64,000 nucleotides of DNA from an uncultured delta proteobacterium (lineage in GTDB: Bacteria > Myxococcota_A > Polyangia > Haliangiales > Haliangiaceae). The translations under genes were made by a program, and so were the position numbers. The notes below the pieces were generated by a model. It was not told the DNA's origin. It ran no database searches and was given only the letters and a program-made list of their open reading frames with translations. Positions 58,824-64,000 of the stretch are shown in pieces. The stretch covers positions 129,763-193,762 of the forward strand of contig CAVUQH010000024.1 in assembly GCA_963743525.1 (NCBI GenBank). Reading direction: 5' to 3'. How positions within the stretch are numbered: position 1 is the stretch's first letter; each line of letters begins with the position of its first letter.

Positions 58824-59314
58824 CCAGCTTCTCCGTCGTCCTCGCCACCGCGTGGACGGTCTCCTGCTTCTCGCCCAAGCAGAGCGACGGCACCGTGGCA
58901 TGTGGCGCCGGCGGCGCCTGCCCGCCCGGCTTCACCTGCGCCGGCAACAACCTGTGCTACCGCCAGCCGCCCGGCGTCGACGCCGCCGCCAGCATCGACG
59001 CGCGCCCCGGCCAGGACACCGGCACCATCGATGCCACCAGTGGTGACGACGCCACCATCTTCGACGCCACCTCCGGCATCGACGCGCTCGTCGGCGAGTG
59101 CAACGACGGCATCGACAACGACTGCGACGGCGAGGTCGACTATCCCAACGATCCCGGCTGCACCAGCGCCCTCGATCCCAGCGAGCACGGCACCAAGCAG
59201 TGCGACGACGGCATCGACAACGACGGCGACAACGGCATCGACTACCACCTGGGGAATTGCCCGCTCGGCCCCACCGACCCGCAGTGCAGCGGGCCGAACG
59301 ATCCCCAGGAATAG
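58808..59314 (+). CDS. Cys-rich lipoprotein with Asp-rich calcium-binding-like repeats
   Basis: MVRLLASFSVVLATAWTVSC lipobox. GECNDGIDNDCDGEVDYPNDPGC and KQCDDGIDNDGDNGIDYHLGNC repeats. Confidence 0.6.
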   Translation: MVRLLASFSVVLATAWTVSCFSPKQSDGTVACGAGGACPPGFTCAGNNLCYRQPPGVDAAASIDARPGQDTGTIDATSGDDATIFDATSGIDALVGECNDGIDNDCDGEVDYPNDPGCTSALDPSEHGTKQCDDGIDNDGDNGIDYHLGNCPLGPTDPQCSGPNDPQE

Positions 59315-59339
59315 CAGCTGGATCCCTCAGCGGGCGGAT

Positions 59340-59520
59340 CGCACCGGGCCGCTGCCGCCCAATCGCGTCGTCTTCGTCACCCGCATCGGCGGCGAACAAG
59401 ATTTCCTCAAAGTCCTCGACTTCACTCGTTCGGCGCCATCATGTACTTCCTCTTGACCGGACAGCCGCCCTTCAACGTCGCCTGCGACTGCGACTGGCAG
59501 CCGAGCACGACGACGAAGTG
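59340..59520 (+). pseudogene. Remnant of a Ser/Thr protein kinase gene (internally deleted, frame-broken copy related to the kinase at 62383)
   Basis: Translations NRVVFVTRIGGEQDFLKVLDF and SFGAIMYFLLTGQPPF match kinase subdomains VIb-VII and IX of the downstream paralog (ANLFLTTAGGEDDFLKVLDFG; SLGAVMYFLLTGQPPF). About 45 codons between them are missing, and the two halves are in different frames. Confidence 0.6.
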
Positions 59521-59532
59521 AACCAGCATGTC

Positions 59533-61113
59533 CTATTCCTCGTAGGTCAGCGTGTCGCCGGGTGGCAGTGTGACCGGTATCGTCGGCGACATGCTGCTCA
59601 GCTTGCTGAAGTCGACCTCGCCCAGCGCCTCAGCCACTTCCTCGCAACTCGGGAACCGATGAGCCGGGTCCTTTTCCAGGCAGCGAACGATGACTACTTC
59701 CAGGTCCGTGGGCAGGGGCGCACCGATACGAATGGAGGGTGAGACCAGGGGCTTCGCCCCGTGCGCGCGCAACACCGCGAAGGTCGACTCTGATGGAAAT
59801 GGCGCATCCCCGGTGACGGCGAAGTACATAGTGGCGCCAAATGAATAGACGTCGGATCGAGCGTCCGCCTCCTTGCCCTGAATCACCTCTGGTGCCATGT
59901 AGGACGGAGTCCCTCCGGTCCAGCCCTCGACCGTCAGCGTGGTGGCGGAGCCCGCGGCCATCTTCACGAGGCCAAAGTCGACGAGCTTGACCTGATGGTT
60001 CTTGCCGCCGATCTGGGAAACCATGATATTGCCCGGCTTGACGTCGCGGTGGACCAGCGACATCGAGTGCGCTTCCGCCAACGCGGCAGCGATCTGGCTG
60101 AACAGGCGCTGGGCGAGCGCCGGTGACAGCGGGCCCGATTCGGCCACGAGCTCGCGGAGGGTCTTGCCGCGGATGTACTCCATCGCGTAGTAGGGGAACC
60201 CATCCTCGGTCCAGCCAAAGTCGAATACCCGGATCGTGTTCGGGTGTGACAGACGCGACGTTGCTCGCGCTTCGCGCTCGAACCGCGCCACGCCGGGACC
60301 ATCGAGACGGTTGTGCATGAGGAACTTGAGCGCGACGTCGGTCTTCAAGGAGCGGTCGTAGGCGCGCCAGACCTCTCCCATCCCGCCAGCGCCCAACTTC
60401 TCGGACAAGCGGTACCGACCGATCATCTTGGCCTCGAAGAGCTGGCGCCGGAGCCTCCACGCCGCATCGCTGGCGAGCACGACCAGACCAAGACATCCGT
60501 AGATCCCGGCCATGTCAACGAGGAACAATGTGCGAGTGTCGTGATCCGCGAACTGTGCCGCCACCCGCGGCATGAAGAAGGACGCCACCAACATCGTCAG
60601 CGGATAGAGCGTAGCGGGAATCCCGGAAAGAATGAGCCCCCTCTTCCAGTGGGCCGGAAGTGCCGCGGCCCGAACGGTCAGCACCTGGATCACGCCGACG
60701 AAGTAAGGGCTACGAACTCCACCTACCCCGAGAGCCATCACGCTGATCAGCAAGCCGGCCGAACCGAACGCCACCACGTTGACCGTTACGGCGACCGCTC
60801 GCGCTGGCCAGCGGCGCAGAGTCGCAATCGAGGCAACCAGCACGGCTGCTCCGGCCGCGCGACAAATCAGAAAGAACGAGAGCGGTGCTGCGTCGAGCTG
60901 CGACACGACGATGGCGTCCAGCCCAACGAACGCGATCCAACAACCCAAGCCAATCCGCAACACCTGTCGCAAGCGCAGCAGCTCCCAGGCGAAGTCACTC
61001 TGCTTCGCGGAGCGAATCCGCAAATCGCCGCTGTTGAGCTTGCGCGCGGTCCCGTCCGCTCCGCCGGAGGCCCCATCTCCCACCGTCCCAATCGGCGATT
61101 CCACCGCATCCAT
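59533..61113 (-). CDS. Membrane-anchored Hanks-type Ser/Thr protein kinase (N-terminal polytopic domain, C-terminal kinase)
   Basis: Six or more TM helices, then GRYRLSEKLGAGGMGEVWRA, ALKFL, HRDVKPGNIMV, DFGLVK, GTPSYMAPE. ATG at 61113. Confidence 0.9.
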   Translation of the reverse strand: MDAVESPIGTVGDGASGGADGTARKLNSGDLRIRSAKQSDFAWELLRLRQVLRIGLGCWIAFVGLDAIVVSQLDAAPLSFFLICRAAGAAVLVASIATLRRWPARAVAVTVNVVAFGSAGLLISVMALGVGGVRSPYFVGVIQVLTVRAAALPAHWKRGLILSGIPATLYPLTMLVASFFMPRVAAQFADHDTRTLFLVDMAGIYGCLGLVVLASDAAWRLRRQLFEAKMIGRYRLSEKLGAGGMGEVWRAYDRSLKTDVALKFLMHNRLDGPGVARFEREARATSRLSHPNTIRVFDFGWTEDGFPYYAMEYIRGKTLRELVAESGPLSPALAQRLFSQIAAALAEAHSMSLVHRDVKPGNIMVSQIGGKNHQVKLVDFGLVKMAAGSATTLTVEGWTGGTPSYMAPEVIQGKEADARSDVYSFGATMYFAVTGDAPFPSESTFAVLRAHGAKPLVSPSIRIGAPLPTDLEVVIVRCLEKDPAHRFPSCEEVAEALGEVDFSKLSSMSPTIPVTLPPGDTLTYEE

Positions 61114-61239
61114 CCTGTCAAGGATCACACAGCGGCAGCAAAGAGACAGGGTTAGATTTCTGGCCGATTTTCGCAAACCCGCGCGGCCAGCACTCTGCCG
61201 CCCGTGTGTTACACTGAGCGCCTCCTGCTTCCTCGCACG

Positions 61240-62331
61240 ATGGGCATGCCTGGACGTTCATCTGTTCTCATCGTTGATGACGAACGAGAACATTGCGACC
61301 TGCTGGCGCTGATCCTGCGCCGTCGCTACGACGTGCACACGTCCACGTCGCCGACGAAGGCGCTCGAGATGGCGCGCAGCACCAGCTTTGCGGTGGTACT
61401 CGCTGACTACCGCATGCCTGAGATGACCGGAACCGACTTTCTCTCCGCACTCGCCGAGATTCAGCCGGACTGCATGCGTCTGCTTGTCACCGCGTACGGT
61501 GACACCGGCGTGCTGGGCAAGGCGATCAACCAGGCCCGAGTCTACCGCTTCATTCCCAAGCCAGTGGACCCGGAGCAGCTCCAGCTCGACATCCAGCGAG
61601 CCATCGAACACAGACAGGCGCAACTGGACCTGGGCCGCGCCCAGGGGATGGCCTTGGTCGGCAGTCTCGTCGGCTCGGTCATCCACGACCTGCGAAACTA
61701 CATGGTGGTCCTGCGGACCACGCCCGATCTCCTCGAGGAGGCCGATCCCGAAGGCGTTCGCGAGCTGGCGCACAGGCTCCGGCGAGTCGAGCAAAACATC
61801 GGTGACCTGGTGGAGGAGTTGCTGGCGATCGCACGCGGGCGCCCGCCGCGCTACGAGCTGACACCGTGCAACTTCGAGGAGATCGTCAGATCAGCGATTT
61901 CCCTGGCGCAGCACGATCCACAGCTCGCCCAGCGCGCCATCGCCGTGCAGATCGATGAAGGTCTTCCCGAGATTCCGCTCTCCCGAAGCCGCTGTGACCG
62001 AATGATCGGCAACCTCCTGCGCAATGCTCGGGAGGCGACGGCCAAGGACGGACACATCGCGGTACGCCTCCACAAGGGCCCGAACGAAACTCTCGAGCTC
62101 GAAATCGAAGACGACGGTCACGGGATTGCACCTGAAATCGTCGATCGAATCTTCGACCCGATGTTCTCGACCAAGGCTGATTCCGGCGGCTCTGGTTTCG
62201 GCCTTGCGATCTGCAAGACGGTGGTCGAAGGCCACGGCGGCACGATTTCCTGCGAGAGCCAGCCCGGGCGAACGGTCTTCTCTCTTCGTCTCCCCATGAG
62301 GCCGTCCGCCAGCCCCATCATCAGTGATTGA
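61240..62331 (+). CDS. Response-regulator receiver fused to histidine kinase (REC-HisKA-HATPase_c)
   Basis: SVLIVDDEREHCDL...VLADYRMPEMTG...K (REC). H-box VIHDLRNYM. N-box NLLRNAREA. G-boxes DDGHGI and GGSGFGLAI. Confidence 0.85.
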   Translation: MGMPGRSSVLIVDDEREHCDLLALILRRRYDVHTSTSPTKALEMARSTSFAVVLADYRMPEMTGTDFLSALAEIQPDCMRLLVTAYGDTGVLGKAINQARVYRFIPKPVDPEQLQLDIQRAIEHRQAQLDLGRAQGMALVGSLVGSVIHDLRNYMVVLRTTPDLLEEADPEGVRELAHRLRRVEQNIGDLVEELLAIARGRPPRYELTPCNFEEIVRSAISLAQHDPQLAQRAIAVQIDEGLPEIPLSRSRCDRMIGNLLRNAREATAKDGHIAVRLHKGPNETLELEIEDDGHGIAPEIVDRIFDPMFSTKADSGGSGFGLAICKTVVEGHGGTISCESQPGRTVFSLRLPMRPSASPIISD

Positions 62332-62382
62332 GCCCGGTCGTGAACCGAAGTACGGTGGAGCGCTTCCACCGCCGGCAAGACC

Positions 62383-64000
62383 GTGGCCGACCAGAACGAC
62401 AATCCTGACATCTCGGCGCTCACGTCCACGCTGACGGCGCCGTCCGTCGAGTCCGCTCCGTTCACGCCGCCCCGGCCGAAGCCGAGCCCCGCGTTGGTCC
62501 AAGCCGCGGCGGAGCCCGCCGCCCAAGCGACAGCGAGGGATCGCGCGGGCGAAGCTTCTAACGCTCCCGAGCGCGTCGAGGGCCTGTCGATCGGTCCGAT
62601 CGAGTCCAGCGCAGACGAGGACCACCGGACGAACCTCGCCCGATTCCGCTTCGCGATGGGAGGCGGGCTAGTCGTCTGCATACTGTTCGGTGCGGTCGAC
62701 TGGCTGGTGGTCGCTCACATTCATCCCGCCGCTTTCATACCGTTCCTCACGTTGCGACTCGGGATCATCGCTGCCCCAGCTATCTCGCTGATCGCGACGC
62801 GACGGCTGCCAAACATGTCGCGACGCACGCTCAAGGCGTTCGATCTCGTCACGTTCACATCCGTCGCCGGAATGATCTCGCTGATGTGCGTCTGGTTCCG
62901 CGGCATCGTTAGCCCGTACTACGCCGGAGTCATCGTGGTAGTCGTTTGTCGAGGTGCGGCAATGCCCACCAACTGGCGCTCCGGTGTGCTGTACTTCGGG
63001 CTGCCGGCAGCCACCTTCCCCGGCATCATGCTGACCCTCGCACCGTTCGATCAGCAAATCGCGCGACAGCTGCAGAACCCTCCGCAGTTGGCGCTGTTCG
63101 CCCTGAACACAATCTTCATCGCCAGCTCGCTGTTGCTGGTCATCCTCGGAAGCCACGCCGTCTGGGCGCTGCGCCGACAACTCTATGCGACCCGAAGTCT
63201 GGGACGATATCGGCTACAGAGCCGCCTCGGCGCAGGCGGCATGGGCGAGGTTTGGCGGGCGCATCACCCCGGGATCAAGCGGGATGTCGCAATCAAGATT
63301 CTCCGTCCGGACCGCTCCAACCAGGAGATGGGGATCGCGCGTTTCGAGCGTGAAGTCGCCGCGACGGTCCGGCTAACCCATCCCCACACCGTACGCGTGT
63401 TCGATCACGGAGTGACCCACGACGGCCTTTGGTACTACGCCATGGAGTTGCTCGACGGGCGAGATCTTAGAACGCTGGTGAAGCAGGAAGGACCGCTCCC
63501 GCCACAGCGCGTCGCCTATCTGGCTGGCCAAGCAGCACGTGCGCTTGCCGAAGCGCACGCTATCGGGATTGTTCACCGCGACATCAAGCCCGCGAATCTG
63601 TTTCTCACGACAGCCGGTGGTGAAGACGATTTCTTGAAAGTCCTCGATTTCGGAATCGCCAAATTCTCGGAAGGGGCCAACGACCCAACGTTGACCAGAA
63701 GCGGCTGGCTTGGCGGAACCCCCGACTACATGTCTCCGGAGCTGGTCCTTGGGCATCCAGTGGACGCGCGAACGGACATCTACTCGCTTGGCGCCGTCAT
63801 GTACTTTCTGCTCACCGGACAACCTCCATTCGTCGGCAAGAGCTCTGCCGAAGTCATGAACGCCCAGGTCAACAAGCCCCTGCGCTACCCATCGCATCTG
63901 CTCGGCAGTCCCGTCCCAACCGAACTCGAGGAGATCGTTGTTCGGTGCCTGGCGAAGGACCGCGAGGAGCGATTCCCCGATGCCAAGTCGCTTGCAGTGG
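62383..64000 (+). CDS. Membrane-anchored Hanks-type Ser/Thr protein kinase, paralog of the kinase at 59533-61113; 3' end beyond window
   Basis: GTG at 62383 after in-frame TGA at 62341. Low-complexity N-region, polytopic membrane domain (GIVSPYYAGVIVVVVCRGAAMPTNWRSGVLYFGLPAATFP parallels GVRSPYFVGVIQVLTVRAAALPAHWKRGLILSGIPATLYP). Then LGRYRLQSRLGAGGMGEVWRA, AIKIL, HRDIKPANLFL, DFGIAK, GTPDYMSPE. Not in the ORF track because it lacks a stop inside the window. Confidence 0.85.
   Translation, partial: MADQNDNPDISALTSTLTAPSVESAPFTPPRPKPSPALVQAAAEPAAQATARDRAGEASNAPERVEGLSIGPIESSADEDHRTNLARFRFAMGGGLVVCILFGAVDWLVVAHIHPAAFIPFLTLRLGIIAAPAISLIATRRLPNMSRRTLKAFDLVTFTSVAGMISLMCVWFRGIVSPYYAGVIVVVVCRGAAMPTNWRSGVLYFGLPAATFPGIMLTLAPFDQQIARQLQNPPQLALFALNTIFIASSLLLVILGSHAVWALRRQLYATRSLGRYRLQSRLGAGGMGEVWRAHHPGIKRDVAIKILRPDRSNQEMGIARFEREVAATVRLTHPHTVRVFDHGVTHDGLWYYAMELLDGRDLRTLVKQEGPLPPQRVAYLAGQAARALAEAHAIGIVHRDIKPANLFLTTAGGEDDFLKVLDFGIAKFSEGANDPTLTRSGWLGGTPDYMSPELVLGHPVDARTDIYSLGAVMYFLLTGQPPFVGKSSAEVMNAQVNKPLRYPSHLLGSPVPTELEEIVVRCLAKDREERFPDAKSLAV

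Overview
High-GC (about 70%) chromosomal window, most likely from a member of Myxococcota. The basis for that call is MYXO-CTERM-like sorting tails, several Hanks-type Ser/Thr kinases, an FHA/sigma-54 activator, a PP2C phosphatase, PilZ and PEGA domains, and Cys-rich secreted lipoproteins. I call about 57 protein-coding genes on both strands. I found no tRNA, rRNA, CRISPR array, transposase or integrase. The window mixes secreted carbohydrate-active enzymes (GH43+PA14, GH15-like, a GH27/36-type alpha-galactosidase, GH1, a PNGase F homolog, an LPMO-like protein), a lipid-metabolism block (thiolase, 3-hydroxyacyl-CoA dehydrogenase/enoyl-CoA hydratase fusion, WS/DGAT, lipase, enoyl-CoA hydratase), and dense signalling genes. 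Findings are ordered by position, not by interest. The highest-interest observations: (1) a nearly full-length bacterial homolog of eukaryotic major vault protein, divergently paired with a PilZ gene; (2) a secreted protein made of six tandem 16-aa double-Cys repeats whose 3' end overlaps an FGE-sulfatase-family enzyme gene, a candidate substrate/enzyme pair; (3) an N-terminal-His, LPMO-like protein carrying a MYXO-CTERM tail; (4) an internally deleted Ser/Thr kinase remnant next to two paralogous membrane kinases. At least six genes carry 1-bp frame disruptions, about ten events in 64 kb (one call, the alpha-galactosidase junction, is reasoned from two overlapping ORFs rather than rechecked base by base). 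That suggests residual indel errors in the assembly or unusual pseudogenisation, and it affects gene calling throughout. The six-frame ORF track is dominated by long spurious ORFs (antisense or read-through) typical of high-GC DNA. Many real starts are internal GTG/TTG codons, so starts are approximate to within a few codons.
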